64,000 nucleotides of DNA from the human T2T-CHM13v2.0 reference genome, Homo sapiens: NCBI RefSeq assembly GCF_009914755.1, contig NC_060925.1. The stretch is one strand, 5' to 3'. A program made the translations under genes and the position numbers. Of the stretch, positions 14,953 to 29,679 are shown in pieces; positions within the stretch are counted from its first letter, which is position 1; each line of letters starts with the position of its first letter. The notes below the pieces were generated by a model. The model saw nothing but the letters and a program-made list of their open reading frames with translations, was not told the origin of the DNA and did no database searches.

Positions 14953-15129
14953 GTCACAAACAAACAGAGGCGAGAACAGCAGTGGATGGAGAAGAAGAAG
15001 CGGCAGGAGGAGAGGCACCGCCACAAAGCCCTGGAGAGCAGAGGTAGCCACAGGGACAATAACAGAAGCGAAGCAGAGGCGAACACGCAGGTCACCTTGG
15101 TGAAGACCTTCGCCGCTCTCAACATCTGA
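14953..15129 (+). CDS. OTUD3: OTUD3 exon 8, coding part to stop
   Basis: CAG at 14950-14952. [28 protein letters not shown]...TFAALNI, TGA at 15127-15129. Confidence 0.97.
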   Translation, partial: VTNKQRREQQWMEKKKRQEERHRHKALESRGSHRDNNRSEAEANTQVTLVKTFAALNI

Positions 15130-17794
15130 CTCTTTGGCCTCTTGGGAGTTGTAAGAAGCGGCTGGAAAAGGATTGCTGTGTGCTAGACTTTCCAGTGAGG
15201 CCGTCCTTTTATAAAACGCAACACAACCAACGAAGCCCACACATGAGCTCACACACTGAGTTAGTTTCGTTCAAGCTGCCTCTTTTTTTGTTCGAAGTTT
15301 TATTAGTGATATGTTGGTGTTTTATGAAAATGCAGTGAGGCCATTCATATTCTGTAATACAAAATTAAAATACTGAGTTTTAGGGGCAGATAGTTAGGTC
15401 AGGAAAAACCTTTTAAGTGGTGGCTTTATTTGCCCTGAAAATCAGACTTCAGTGACCCTAGGATCTTTCCTTAACATTTGGGGTGAGTTTTGCTGTAATT
15501 GTTCATGAGTAGTTTAGAATAATTGTTAGAAATTCAGAATGACAAGTTTCCTTAGTTTCTCTTTCATTCTCAAACAGATATATAGGGTAGCTTATAAATG
15601 ATCTCCAACTCAGGAATATGCTTTGATTTACTTCTAATCCAAGTTACTCAGAAAATAATTCAGGAATTGTTTTCCCAAAGTTACGTGAGGGTTGTGGCCT
15701 GCAGTCAGGATGGAAATTAACCGCATTTCTCTCCTTCCTGATTCTGATGTTATTTCAGATGGGATGCAGGTGCTGTTAGTTCATTTGCACTCAAGCCATA
15801 TGATAAATGCAGCTGACTGTTAATTAGGCCTGGCCTTGTTGGGAAGTTGATAGTGGTGTTGGGTTTTTGGTATTTGTTTCCTGACAGTGGGGAGATGGCA
15901 TGTTACTGCTTGTGATACAGTTCTGGAATTCTGATAGTGTGTAGAGCAGGGTCTATAGTTGTAACAGGAGACGAACTCCTGGGGTTTTGCCTAAGAGGAG
16001 TCTAAAGAATTATGTTTTTATAGGAGAAGCCTGGAAGAATAAGGTTTTTCATGTTCGCATTTTAAATAACGATTTTCTTCCCTTCTGTTGTAGACTTAGA
16101 TGCCTTCAGAGAGATACGTGGTAACTTGACCTTATAGGTCGCTAAACTTAGTATTGTGGAAATTAAATCTTATAAAATGCTACATTTATTTCTTTTTATT
16201 TAAGCCCTGTTTGGCATTTCAAAGTTGGGAAAACTCCAGCATCTGCTGGAAGTTGTTGGACCAGCAGGGTTGGTTGACTTAGGTTGGACCAGCAGAGAAG
16301 AGAACATACTTTGGTTGAGGCCTTCGAATCACTCTTCAGTTCTGAAATAGACAGACTTGAGCAGTGGAGAGACGTCTTTCCTAAAACTGAGTTAGGTGGA
16401 TGTGAACTTAAGAACTATAACGTATGAGGCAGCCCATCTTGGATCATCTTTGTCTTTTGGGACCTAATACTTGGGCAAATAATTGATGCTGAGTTGAAAG
16501 GTAAATTATTAGTTATCTTCCCCACCCCTCGCATTTCAGAATTATAAAAATTCGGAGGCAAATTGAAAACTAAAATGTTTGGTAGGCCCTGGAGTCGCCA
16601 GATTGTCTTTATCACCAGGCCTTTGGCTTTCTTCAGTTTCACTGGTATCTTTTGGTTTTGTTTTTGACTTTGGTGGCTTTTTGTAGTTGGAGCATCAGTA
16701 GTCTCTTGGAATTGCTCCTAGGACATTGTGGTTTAGGTTTCTTCCTGGGTACAGTACATTGTAAAATTTAGCAGATTAAAAAAAGTACACAGCATTTTTT
16801 TTCTGTGCACGTCGCAGAGTCCTGAGCTTGAGGCTGTGTTACTCTACTCATTCCAAACGAATGAAAGATCTCTGTTGCCTTACTCTAAGGAAGTGGGATC
16901 GAGTGCGTTAGGATCTATGGTTGTCTTGGTTTTCAACTCTGGGCAGATTCCTGACTGGCTGAGTGTTTCTGAATGAAGATGTTTTCCTGTCTGTTTTGTA
17001 CTGCTTGAGTGCAGAGGCCAGATCCTCTCAGAAAGATAAGATTGTATGCCAGAAATTCAGATTAGCAGTCAGCTTAAGAGAGACTTATTGTCAGAAGTAG
17101 TAGAATTGCTTTATTTACTTGGTTAATGAAGGTGGCCTTGGGCCCTATTGGGTTTTAGAAGTTTTAGAAGCTGCTAAAAAGTTATTAAAGAATATTGGGA
17201 ACATTTATTTTTTAAATTACCTAATTCTGGTAATAGGCTTCAGCATTTCTGGAGTATAATAATGGTGGTTTAAAAAACTAATCAAACGGCTTTAGTAATT
17301 TTACTACTGGTTTCACAGCTTTTCAGTTACAGTTGGTCTGTTTAGTGTGTTAATTATTAGGAATCGGGTACATGCATCCAACTTCAGTGATACCTTCTAG
17401 CTAATGGTTTCAATTTAGACTTCACTGCCTCAGTCTCACTGGGTACATGAGAAGGTTGGAATCAACATGCTTAGTTGCCTCAGTGGGCACTTGAAAATTC
17501 CTTCACTGGCAGCCCGAGTGGAGGCCCAGTATGTCTAGTCCTGGGATGACTGTTGTCAGCAGCTGTTACTCTAGTACAGGTGCTCCTGTGAACTCTTTAT
17601 TAGGAACTGAATGTGTCTTAACCTCTGTGTTACATCTTGGCTGGCAGAGATTTATGTTACATGAGATTGTCTTGGTAGCTTGTAGTGTGGTCAGGAGAAA
17701 GGGGATGGAGCAGTGGTGCATAGCTGCTTACTGCTCTTATAAACGGTATATAAAGGTTTTACGGATTTTGAAAATATTTTTTTTTAGAGGTCAA

Positions 17795-17800
17795 AATAAA
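17795..17800 (+). terminator. Candidate proximal poly(A) signal of OTUD3
   Basis: AATAAA preceded by a U-tract, with TGTA/GT-rich sequence downstream. Confidence 0.5.
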
Positions 17801-18730
17801 TACCATTTTAGTGGCAACAGCTTTGAACTAGAGAGGTAGATGTATTAAAGCAGCATAGAACCATAACTTCTAGATAATGTAGTTGCCACTAGGAGATATT
17901 AGAAAGTTAGAATGTATGTGTGTATTTAGTTTTTCAATAATAATGAACATACACTTTCAGGAGCAAAGTATGGTTGAGAAATTGTGGCAGAAAGAATTTT
18001 AAATGTTAGTCGAAGTTGTCTGTAGTTTCTTTATTAAGCTCTGAAAACACTTCCAATGCCAGTTTGATTCTGAGGGCTTGGGAAGTGGGATCTCCCTTGT
18101 GGAGCAGCTGGAGCTGGCTGGGAGGGAGCCTCTCCATGGGTAATTTATTATGCCTGCCCTGCTTCCCCCAGGGAGCTGCTTCAGTGTGAAATGATGTGAT
18201 TGTCGGGGGTGGGGTGGGAGGAGGGCCACCTTCAGTCGGGGAGTTGCTCACATATTACACAGGTAGCATCAGGTGGACTTCAGCGCTGAACTGTACTAGT
18301 AGTGAGTCCCTGTAGTCAATGTGCAATTTCTCTAATTCTGAGAAACTCTGTAGACTCTGCCTGGGTTTTACTGGGTCAGCATAGAATGCTATCAGTTTAC
18401 CTCTGTGAAATATTCAGTCAGTTGAAGGAAACTTGGATTCCTAGTCAGAGGTGACTAAAAGTTACCCTGACCAAAAGGATCTCTGCGGGGGGAAGAGAAT
18501 GGAGCTTCCTGATTTTAATGTGTTGCGTCAGTGGCCCTCTTCGACTCCCGTTTTGGGTAGATGCGTAGCTCTTCACTTTCTTACCTCAAGGCTCTGTCTA
18601 GCCATGTTAAATCTTTAGACTCAGTCTGATGCCGTTTTTCTGTTTTGCCATTCTCATTATTCACAGCTTTCAGAACAAGTGTTGCTAAAACTCCGGGGCC
18701 TTTGACAGTTGTTCTGAGGTGATTTAATAA

Positions 18731-19070
<340 letters not shown>

Positions 19071-20304
19071 AGTAAATTGTATTTTTTTAATGACATCATT
19101 GATTTGAAGATCTAGATGGCATAAATTACGACGTCTGCCATCGCATATTAGAAAGGGGACAGTCATATTTGTAACGTGGAGAGAACACGGAGCACCAGTC
19201 ACCACGTGCACTTAGGATGCAGAGCTTACCGCACACCGCTGATGGGGACCTCCGGAAAGAGCGGTGCCTTGTGGTTGGCCTGGAAGTTCTCTCCCAAGGT
19301 GAAATTCCTTTAAAACCTCAGGCTCTGACCTATGTCTTTGAAGCAGCTGCTTTGTAGAGTCCCTCTCTTTACTGTCCTCGTTAGGACTGTTTTGTGGTTC
19401 CATGAAAATGTTTAGCATCCTTGCAGAATTACTTGAGAAGGGGCTGGTACCAGTGTAAAGAATCTATTTCTGTAAAACTACGAACTTTTGCATAGGGAAT
19501 TTATTCTAAGCAGGTCATAGCCGTGATCCAGAGCTGCTGCTGCTCACTGCCAGTCCTTGCGGCTGGCGGCGATTGCCGGACAGACTCTCTGTGGCCTGGC
19601 TCTCATCCTTGGCGTGTCAGCCTGCGGCAGGCTGCCAGCCATCCATGACAATCATGTGAGCTCAGCCACAGACCTCAGCTGGCGGTTTGATCCCTGGCAG
19701 GTCCCTCGAGCAGTACTGGTAAGAGGCTTCACACATTTTCCCACTCTTACAGTTCATTTTTCATAGTAGGAAGGGCCCTTGGCCTCCCCAGTGCCTCTTC
19801 CAGAGCCTCCACCAGCACTAAGCTCAGAGGAAAGAAGAAAAGGGCCAGGAGTCAGACGTCACACCCGGGGGCTCCCCTTTCCCATGTAGAAGTGTTGGCA
19901 TGCGTCAGTCTCCTTTACAGAGGGGTGGATGTATCCGTGGAGGAGGGGCCTTCTCTCTTTCTAATTGCACTATACTTGTTCTAGCTTCAGTCTGGAGATA
20001 CTTAAGACCTCCATGGGGTCGTGATCCATAGACTTAGCAAGTCTTGCCTTATCTATGGAGCTCGATGGTGAGAATTGTGACCATTGTCTGATGTCCATAG
20101 TTCCTTCCCCCTAGATTGTTTCTTTCCACGGATTGTGTTCATCTGAACCATTTTATTTTTTATTTACCAAAGTACTGTACTTGGCTATTTGCAGTGTTTT
20201 CAAAACCAAATGTTTCTTTTTTTGTGTTTTTAATCTTCGATACTTGGTGCAATAGAAGCTGCAAAGATGTGCCACTTTATCTATGAAATGGAGTTTTGTA
20301 TACC

Positions 20305-20310
20305 AATAAA
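20305..20310 (+). terminator. Distal poly(A) signal of OTUD3
   Basis: TTTTGTATACCAATAAA followed by GTTTTAAGTTGTTTTT. Confidence 0.8.
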
Positions 20311-22292
20311 TTCTAGTTTAAAAACAAAGTTTTAAGTTGTTTTTATCAGTATCTGACCACCGTTTGAGTGAATGCAAGGAGGCTGAGTGTGCTGGGAAAT
20401 GTCCTTTTTGGAGACCTTTGTGTGGAAGCTTTGCGTGTTTGCGTGTGCTGGATTGAGTATTCTAGGTGTATAATAGTACTTTGGGATCTGACTAAGCTTA
20501 GAACAGCTGATTTTTGCTTTAGTGCAGCTAAATGCAGCCACCAAACACAATGGCAGGGTCATTCTTAAGGACTACACACTTAAGATTTCTGCCTGATATC
20601 TGAGAGCATCTCTTGATAAGTTTGAAACTGTTTAAATATGTAGCAGTTGTCTGTCAGCGGCCACTTTGGGCTCCTCTAGAACTCTCAAGATTGTTTGACC
20701 CCATTCAAGGAGGAGGCTCCCTGCCAAGGCACAGACAGTACCATCTGGGGGCACAACTCACCTAGAAGGGTCCACAGGAAACCAGAGCGAAGGGAGTCCT
20801 TCATTGCGTCCAGCAGGGGCCCCATCCACACAAGGGCTCTGGCTCGGCAGACCTCACCATGTCATGATTTTGACCTTGAGACTCCCATTCTCCCATTCTT
20901 CATTTTGTATTCAACAAGCAGCCTTCTGAATTGGCTCCCTGTTGCCTTGACACAAAAAAGGACTAGATGGTTTTCTGGATGAAAGTCAAGAATATTCTAG
21001 CTTCTGCAAGCAGATTCTCCCACAATCTCTCAAGTGATCTTCTCTGTGTGATTCTTCTTCAGTCCACAACTGAGAGACCCATCATCTCTGGATAGACACA
21101 CACTGTCTGGTTCCTGAGCCTGTGAGGCCCAGATTCCAGACCCCATTTAACCTGAGATTCTTCCAGGAAATCTGCTATGGTCCAAAGTGATGTCCCAATC
21201 CAGGTGCTGCCCGCACACTGGAAAACTTCCATGGCCTCCTTAATCCCATTCCAGGGATTCAGCTGGGGCCAGGTGGCTGCTGCTAGGGATTAGAGGGGCT
21301 TCCTGTTTGGGCAGCGTTGGACCAGGTGACCTGTAAGATCCTGTGTGGGAGATAGGATGAGTCTTTAAGGACAGAGAAGTGTTCTTGAGCCAGGTAGGGA
21401 CAAGTGGCTGTGCCTTTGTCCCTTCTTGGTAACCGCTCATGGTCACCTTGGAGAAAGCCTGGCTGAAAACCTGGGTGTTTAGAGTTGCATCAGCGAGTCA
21501 CCACCCCAGGCTTCTGGCCTTTCCCTTCCTCCAATGCACAGAAACAAGAGTGTGTGTCTTGAGACACAGTTCATAAAAAGCTCTGCTCCAATATGGTTTT
21601 GGCTGGACAGAATGGTTTTTGCTGATGGAATGGGCACTCTCAGACCATTGAGATGCAGAGATTTAGAACTTGGTTGCAAAGGCTTGAGGCCAGTCCTGTC
21701 ACTTCACAGATTCTGGCTTGGCAGAAGGAAACATTTCCTATCTTCTTGGAGAAACTTGTCTGAACCTCCCTATGGTAGAAGGACTTGGGTATCCCCAGAG
21801 GATTGTTTCTGTTCAATTTATTCATCTAAACATCCAAGAATCCATCTGACATCTAGTGAACCTCTACTCTGTATGGGTCCTTATTTCTGGGCATTGAAAC
21901 AGTCATGGATCCTGCCTTCAAAAAGCCTCCAGTCCGGGAATGAAAGTGGACACGTCACTGACCCAGGAGAGAGCACATGCCATAAAGGAGGTACTGATGA
22001 GAGGGCTGTGAGTTCAGAGAATTCGGGAAGGCTTGGTGGAGGAAGTGAGATTTGGACGAGGCACGAAAGGGGAGACAGGATACAGAAATAGGGAGCGAAG
22101 ACATGTTGGACTGAATGGCCAGCGCAAGCAAAACCTAGGAGTGGGATGGGTATGCTCCAGTGTTTAGGACAGAGCTTATTATGGATGTATAATCAGTTTG
22201 GAGAAAGACTGGGAACTTCTTGAAACACCTCTCATGTGCCTTTCACTACTGGAAGAGTAGTGCTGTGCTTGCTGAATGGATTCTCAAGATCA

Positions 22293-22600
22293 GGCCTGGG
22301 TGCAGTGGCTGACATCTGTAATCCCTGCACTTTGGGAGGCTGGGGCAGGAGGCTTGCTCACACTCAGGAGTTCAAGACCAGTTTGGTCAATCTAGCGAGA
22401 TCCCGTCTCTATGCATGCACACACAAAATTACTGGGGTTTGGGGCTGGGTGCCTGTCTGTAGTCCCTCCTACTCAGGAGGCTGAGGCAGGAGGATCACTT
22501 GAGCTCAGGAGTATTAGGCTGCAGTGAGCTTTATCACACCACAACACTCCAGCCTGGGTGACAGGGTGAGACCCTGTCTCAAAACCCCAAAACAACAAAG
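22293..22600 (+). mobile_element. AluJ
   Basis: Diverged sense Alu dimer. Confidence 0.85.
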
Positions 22601-22834
22601 ATCTGCCTGACGGCTTTTTAGTGTCTGGAGTTGGCCTGTGTGTGCATTCTAACCTGGCAATGTTACAGGTAGCGCCTGCCTGGAAAAATGCTGCACCATC
22701 TATCTCTGCCTTTGGGGGACATTAGCGCAGAATTCAATTGAACAGGTACCTGTTTAGCATCTACTGTGTGACATTTGCAATTGGAGAGCAAAAATACAGA
22801 AGGTGGCCAAGCGTAGATGGAGCAGCTAGCATGC

Positions 22835-22985
22835 CCCGGACACTTTGGATACATGGTCTCATTTGAACTTGAAAACCACCCTGTGAGGCTGATGGTTCTA
22901 TTCAGGAATAAATAATTGTCCCAAGATCACAGCTTAGTAGCAGAGACAGGATTTGAACCCAGAGCAGTCTGCCGCCACCATGCAA
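22835..22985 (-). mobile_element. MIR fragment
   Basis: CCAAGATCACAGCTTAGTAGCAGAGACAGGATTTGAACCCAG. Confidence 0.6.
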
Positions 22986-23101
22986 GGACCCAAATAACGG
23001 GATAAGCAGTTCTAGGAAAGGTATAAACACAGCTTGGCAGTTCAAGGAGGGTGAAATCCGCTCCAATTGAAACAGCATCATAGAAAAGGTGACATTTGGG
23101 A

Positions 23102-23385
23102 CTGGGCAGGGTGGCTTATCCCTGTAATCCCAACAGTTTGGGAGGCTGAGGCAGGAGGATTGCTTGAGGCCAGGAGTTTGAGACCAGCCTGGCAACATAG
23201 CGAGACCCGGTCTCTACCAAAAATAAGTAAGTTAGCCAGAATTGATGGCACACACCTGTTGTCCCAGCTACGTGGGAGGCTAAGGTGGGAGGCTTGCTTG
23301 AGTCGAGGAGGTTAAGGCTGCAGTGAACTATGATCGTGCCACTGCAGTCCAACCTGGGCAAGAGGGAGACCCTGTCTCTGAATAT
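23102..23385 (+). mobile_element. AluJ
   Basis: Sense Alu with GGATTGCTTGAGGCCAGGAG. Confidence 0.85.
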
Positions 23386-24424
23386 AAAGGAAGAGACGAC
23401 ATTTGGGATTCACTTTAAGCCCATGGATTTTAGCGTGGTGATGTGCCTGTGGGCAAGGGAGGCTTTTAGGTTGAGAGAAGCTACTGCACAAGGATATGAA
23501 GGCAGGACAGCAGAGGAGCTTAGTAAATAGATATTGCTGCATAAGAGGCTGGAAAAGCAGATGACACCAAGCCTGGAATACCAGGGGCTGGTGGACAATG
23601 GGGAGTCACTGATGGTTCAGGAGCAGAGGAGTGACATGATGAAAATCAGGCTCTGGGAAAATGAAGCTGGCATCAGTGGACAGGATGGAGATGTGATGAA
23701 GGATGGAGGGTTTAAGAACCATTAGTCCTGATACTCTCTTGTTAGGGGTGTCACATTACTTGCTAGTGTAGAATTATTGCTGTTTTCTGTCTGCTGGTTG
23801 ACTCTGTCTGATTCGTGTCTATCTCCAGCATCCAGGAAAAGACCAGAAGCATAATTTGCATAAAACTTATTGAAGGAAAGAATTAACTTTAGTATTCAGT
23901 TCTCTGGTGGTGACATTGCAAAGAACCCCAGTGAAGCAGATGCATGTCCAGGAAATCCTAATCAGACTCCTCATTGAACTTGGGAATTCCACTGTGATTT
24001 CTGGTCACTAATTGAGGAAGGTCTTTACCTTTGCACTTCATGCATAGCTTTTGTTAGGTGCTAAATAGGAACAAAAGCAAAACCAATCCAAATCCTCTCA
24101 TCAAAATTGGAGAGGCAAACTATGAAACATTTAGGTAAGAATGTCCCCTCCCCAGCTTTGACACAGTCCCGTTGCCTACTTTACTCATCCAATGAATTAG
24201 CACACATAAAGCACTTACAACAGTGCCTGGCAAATGCCTAGTGCACAGCAAGTGTTAGCTATTGTTAATGACTATCCATTCATTCATTCCTAGAACACGA
24301 GTGATTTTTCAGTGCTAGCCATTATTTGTACATTTTCATGCATGTTATCTCAAACTTTGCCATAACCAGCCTGCTGGGGAAATGTCATACTTCCATTTGA
24401 CAAATGCAGAGACTGAGACTCCAT

Positions 24425-24600
24425 TTATCAGCACTTAGATTTTAATGTGCACACGAATCATCAGGGGGGCTTGTTAACTTACAGATTCTGATTCAGCAGG
24501 TCTGGGGTCAGGTCCAAGATTCTGCATTTTGAACAGGATCCCTGCTGCTGCTTCTGCGGCTGCCCCTGCCCATGGACCACGTTGAATAGCAAAGGTCTAA
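24425..24600. mobile_element. MER5-type hAT MITE
   Basis: CAGATTCTGATTCAGCAGGTCTGGGGTCAGGTCCAAGATTCTGCATTTT. Confidence 0.65.
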
Positions 24601-24795
24601 GCAGAGCCACTGCTGCTAAAGCGGCAGAACAAAGCGCTCTACCTGGAACCTCCCAGTTCAAGTTCAGGCTTCTCCCTTCCTTTTTTTCAGTCTCTTTTGC
24701 AAGTCTGCTGCTGGGTATCAAGGGTTCTCTAGATACGCACACATAGGCAAACAGGATTTAAGCAGGCCCCTTGATCCCGTCATCAAACATTTATT

Positions 24796-25231
<436 letters not shown>

Positions 25232-25562
25232 CTAAGTTTCAATGTTTGTTTCGTCGGACAGTTATACAACTGTTAAGATCATCAGGTAGGTGTCCCATTG
25301 GTACCTTAAATCCATCATGCCCAGGTGTCACCTCTCTCTAATCTGCCCCATCAGCTCCTTCTCCCTGTGTTTTCTGTTTCTGCAGTGGCCATCATCCTCA
25401 GATGGTTGTATGGCCTTCTTTGGCATTTTCTCAGTATATTTATTTATGAAAATGTGAGGGGACCAATTTCACTAGCCCAGAAGCACACTTTGCCCACCTG
25501 AGGAAGAGAAATCGAGGTTTAAGCCAAGCGCAGGTTTCTCCCTAGTGGCCTGAATGAAATGG

Positions 25563-25577
25563 ACACCAGAGGGCGCC
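25563..25577 (+). promoter_or_regulatory. Candidate CTCF site
   Basis: ACACCAGAGGGCGCC closely matches the CTCF core motif. It lies between the convergent OTUD3 and PLA2G2E 3' ends. Confidence 0.5.
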
Positions 25578-25791
25578 TCAGGACCACTTTTCCTGCAAAG
25601 GAGGTTTGCATTCTTCCCCCACACAGGCCGTTTTTGCTTTAAGACATGGTCTTCTGGTGATACTTGGCTGAGGATTTGAGTCAGTTACAACAGCAAAGTA
25701 CACACGCCTGTCCTCCCTTTCTTCTCCTCCTTCCTTTTGCTAGCACAGAGCTTCTTCACCTTTTAAAGGTCACAGCGATACATCCCTTTGA

Positions 25792-26091
25792 TTTTTTTTT
25801 TTTTTTTTTTGAGATGGAGTTTCTACTCTTGTTGCCCAGGGTGGAGTGCAATGGCATGATCTTGGCTCACCGCAACCTCCATCTCCTAGGTTCAACGATT
25901 CTCCTGCTTCAGCCTCCTGAGTAGGTGAGATTACAGGCCTGCACCACCATGCCCGGCTAATTTTGTATTTTTAGTAAAGACTGGGTGTCTCCATGTTGGT
26001 CAGGCTGGTCTCGAACTCCCGACCTCAGGTGATCTGCCCGCCTTGGCCTCCCAAAGTGCTGGGATTACAGGTGTGAGCCACCATGACTGGC
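25792..26091 (-). mobile_element. AluS
   Basis: Poly-T plus antisense Alu. Confidence 0.9.
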
Positions 26092-26855
26092 TCTTCCTTT
26101 GATTTTTTTTTGCTCTCCTCCCTGCCCTCAAGGTCCTGAATGCTGTGCACAGGCCCTGAGAAGGGTGAAGGGAGTGGTCATTTGTTGAGTGTCCAACTGT
26201 GAGCTTTGCCCTGTGCAATGCATTGGCAGGTGCTCTGTCATTGAGCAGGCGAATCCCAGTCCTGTAAGATTTCATCAGCATATAATAGATAATTCTATCT
26301 TTAGAAGTAACATCTGCTGAAATAGATTGCTTCCAGAATAGGCTGCATTCCTCCTGGTGGGAATCCTTGAGTGCATTACATTCTTCATGGCTTCAGAATC
26401 GGGAGGTTGGAGTCAGCCCTGGATGCTGAACCCTTTCCTCCTCCTCTTCCTGTGTCCTCACAGCTGAACGGCCCTGGGCACTCTGGTCTTTCCAAGATTA
26501 CAACCAGCAGGCCTGGTTAACGTGGCCATACCAGAGCGTGGGTGGCTGATGACAACTTCATGAAGAAATGAAGGGCCAGGGAGTGGGGACACCCCCTCGG
26601 GTAGAACATCCCCTCTCTGGCCCCCAGGGGCCCATCAAAGAAGGGGTGTGGATAAGACCATCTAGAGCTGCTTCTCACTCTTAACCAATCTTTGCCAGTG
26701 TTGGGGATTTGAGGCCTGATGACACAGTGGGGACAATATTTTTAGGTTGGTATTTTTCGTGCTTTTCACATTAAGCCATATGGCCAGAAATATTCCTTCC
26801 AGAGATTGCATTATCTTTGATAAGATTGTAGAATGTTAGAAAAAGAGAGTCACAG

Positions 26856-27211
<356 letters not shown>

Positions 27212-27688
27212 TTAAAAGAATTTAATGCTGGAATTGCAGGCAGGGCCACCCATGTCAGACTTGTTCCCACTGATTCCAGTGCATGCTGTCAGCACAAGGT
27301 AGGTGATCAGAAAATTAATGTATGAATGAAACTCTAGTGAATTAAATCCTAGAATGATTGACAGAATTTGAGACTCAAAGAACATTAGAATTATGGGAAA
27401 ACATTATTCACTTATTCAGAAGAGGGAGCTGAGATCCCAGAAGCTAGTGACAGTCTTCTGGGTGCTGAAGGGTCCATGGCTCCTGGGGCAGGGTTCTTTC
27501 TACAGAGAAGGGGTAGCCTGGGAGGCTAGTGATGGTCCAGGACATATCTCTGAGCTCTCAAGGAGGGATGAGTTTGCAGGAAAGGAATTTTCCAAAGGGA
27601 GGGCCTTTGGTGCCAATGTTCCCCAGGCCTGGGACTACAGCAGCCCGAGGCGGGACCTCCAGGGACGGGGGGGAGGCCGAGCATAGCC

Positions 27689-27831
27689 TCAGCAGGGCGG
27701 GGTGGGCCCGGTGCACAGCTTGTTGGGATAATGGGCATATTTGCGGTTGTAGGTGCCCAGGTTGCGGCGAAAGCAGAGGGCAGCCCTCTTGTCACACTCG
27801 CAGGTCAGCCGCTGGCAGGTGGTCCTGCCGG
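27689..27831 (-). CDS. PLA2G2E: PLA2G2E exon 4, coding part
   Basis: Acceptor at 27832-27833. (A)GRTTCQRLTCECDKRAALCFRRNLGTYNRKYAHYPNKLCTGPTPPC, TGA at 27689-27691. Contains the catalytic Asp (CECD) and the group II C-terminal Cys extension. Confidence 0.97.
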
Positions 27832-29679
27832 CTGGATGGGACAAAGTGAGTCAGGGACCACAGAAGCTCAGGATATGTGTGGGACAGCTCTTGGCTGCTT
27901 CTGGGTCCACGTTCTTGACCTGGACCAACTCCATTCTGATGGAAGCCCAAGCTCCCGGGTTGTTTCACGGATGGGTGAGACAAGAGACAAGGGCGGGGCG
28001 CACTGTGGCTCAGGACACCAGGGAAGCTGGAAGCTTGCCCTCGCTGTCCCTCCCTGCTCTCCCAAGCCCACGCTGACTGCCCTTAGCTCTCTCCGGCCTT
28101 AGGGACACCACGTGGTTCCCTAACTCTCACTGCCCCCGACCAGGGGGATTTCTAGGCAACCCCTGCACCCCTGTGTGATGCGTTGCTGATGGCGGATTGT
28201 GGCCATCAAGCAGAGAGGACAGCTACGAAATGACAGCAACTCAATCTGATGGCTATGTGTGCCCCAGAGTGGCGTGGGCCTAGGCTGGAAGCCACTGGGA
28301 CCAAAGCTGGAGGCTGCTCAGGGCCCTCTGCCTGTCCTCATCAGAGTGGACAGAGCCCAGTTTTCTGCCCATACCCAGCCTGGGAGTCAGACTTCTACCC
28401 TGACCTGTCCTTCCTAGAGCCAGCTGGCATCAGCTCTGTAGGGGCCCAGAAGGCTCCTCCTGTCTCCACTGCAGCTGCCTCTGTCACCTCTGCCTGCAGT
28501 GGCCCTGGCTCCCTTTTGTCCCCATGACTGTATCTCACAGCTCAGGCCAGGTGCCTCATTTCCCCTCTTGAAGTTGAGCCTTCGTCTCCCGTCAGGGCTC
28601 TGCCCACGCCCGCTATGTCAGCAACACCCAGGGTTGGAAGGGACTCTTAACGCCGAGCCGGTCAGCCTCTTTTGGGGGGCTTTTTCCAGGAGCTGGGCTG
28701 AGCTGGGGAAGTGGGTATAAGCCTCTCCGTTTTCTAGGTGAGGAAACAGAGGCTTTCCAGGGATTACATCACTTGTCCAAAGTCACAGGCAGGTGGAAGG
28801 TGACGCCCTGGGTAGAATCCAGAGCTTGTGTCTCCACCCACCTGCCTCCTCCCCTCAGCCCTGATCCTGGCAGGTGGCTGCTTCTGCCTTGCATGGACTC
28901 CCAGCGACAGAGACTCAGTACCTGGCACATTGCCCTGCCGAGTGGTTGGCGGCAGAGGAAATGGAGCCAGCTCTGCCCCGCCGCCAGGACAGAATTTAGA
29001 GACCTGAGTCTGCCGCGACCTCCCGAATCCTTCCGCGCTGCAGCATCCGCCCACCAGGCCCTGCCCTTCTTTCAGGCTGCTCCTGGCTTTGTGGCAGGGA
29101 GAGAGCTTGGCTCTCTCATGTGGGGTCCCTCGACAGTCTCACTTGGTTGAGGCTGCTTGCCTGGGCCTGGGACTGAAGGAAAGCTAATTGGTCCAAATGG
29201 GCACTGGACATGGCACAGCTGAGCAAATGGGTCCAGCCTGACAGTCCCATTGAGGAGTCAGCCTTTGGAAACAGCATCTGCTGTCCCCAGTCAAAGCCCC
29301 AGCTCGTTCTGTCCGAAGGACTTCACCTTTAGCTCCTGTTGAGGCCTTGGGAGGGTGCCTGAGTCCAGCTCCTCTGGGCCCTGGCTCAGCTCAGACCCCT
29401 CTGCTCCTCTTTCCAGAGGCTGGAGCTGGGAGGTGTCTGTGGGTAGGGAGATACCTGGGGCTGAGGGCTGCACTGATGGGGTACGGGCTTCTCTGGCCTG
29501 GGTGCCTGGTGAACATCTGGGTCTCCACTGTTACGTGGTAACGGGAAACCCCATGCCTCCAGCCCAGGGTCTGGCTCTGATAAGGCCCAAGGTCACCATC
29601 AGGAGGGGCTTCCTGTCTTAAGCTGCCTCCACCCACCTCACCGCAGGGTGTCTAGGTCACTTCAGGGCTCTCCACCTAC

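Noticed and set aside
16255-16295. 13-bp direct repeat GTTGGACCAGCAG in the OTUD3 3'UTR
   Set aside because: Only two copies, consistent with a small slippage duplication, with no evidence of function.
21534-22091. 185-aa ORF downstream of OTUD3
   Set aside because: No recognisable domain, and its 3' half resembles degraded L2.
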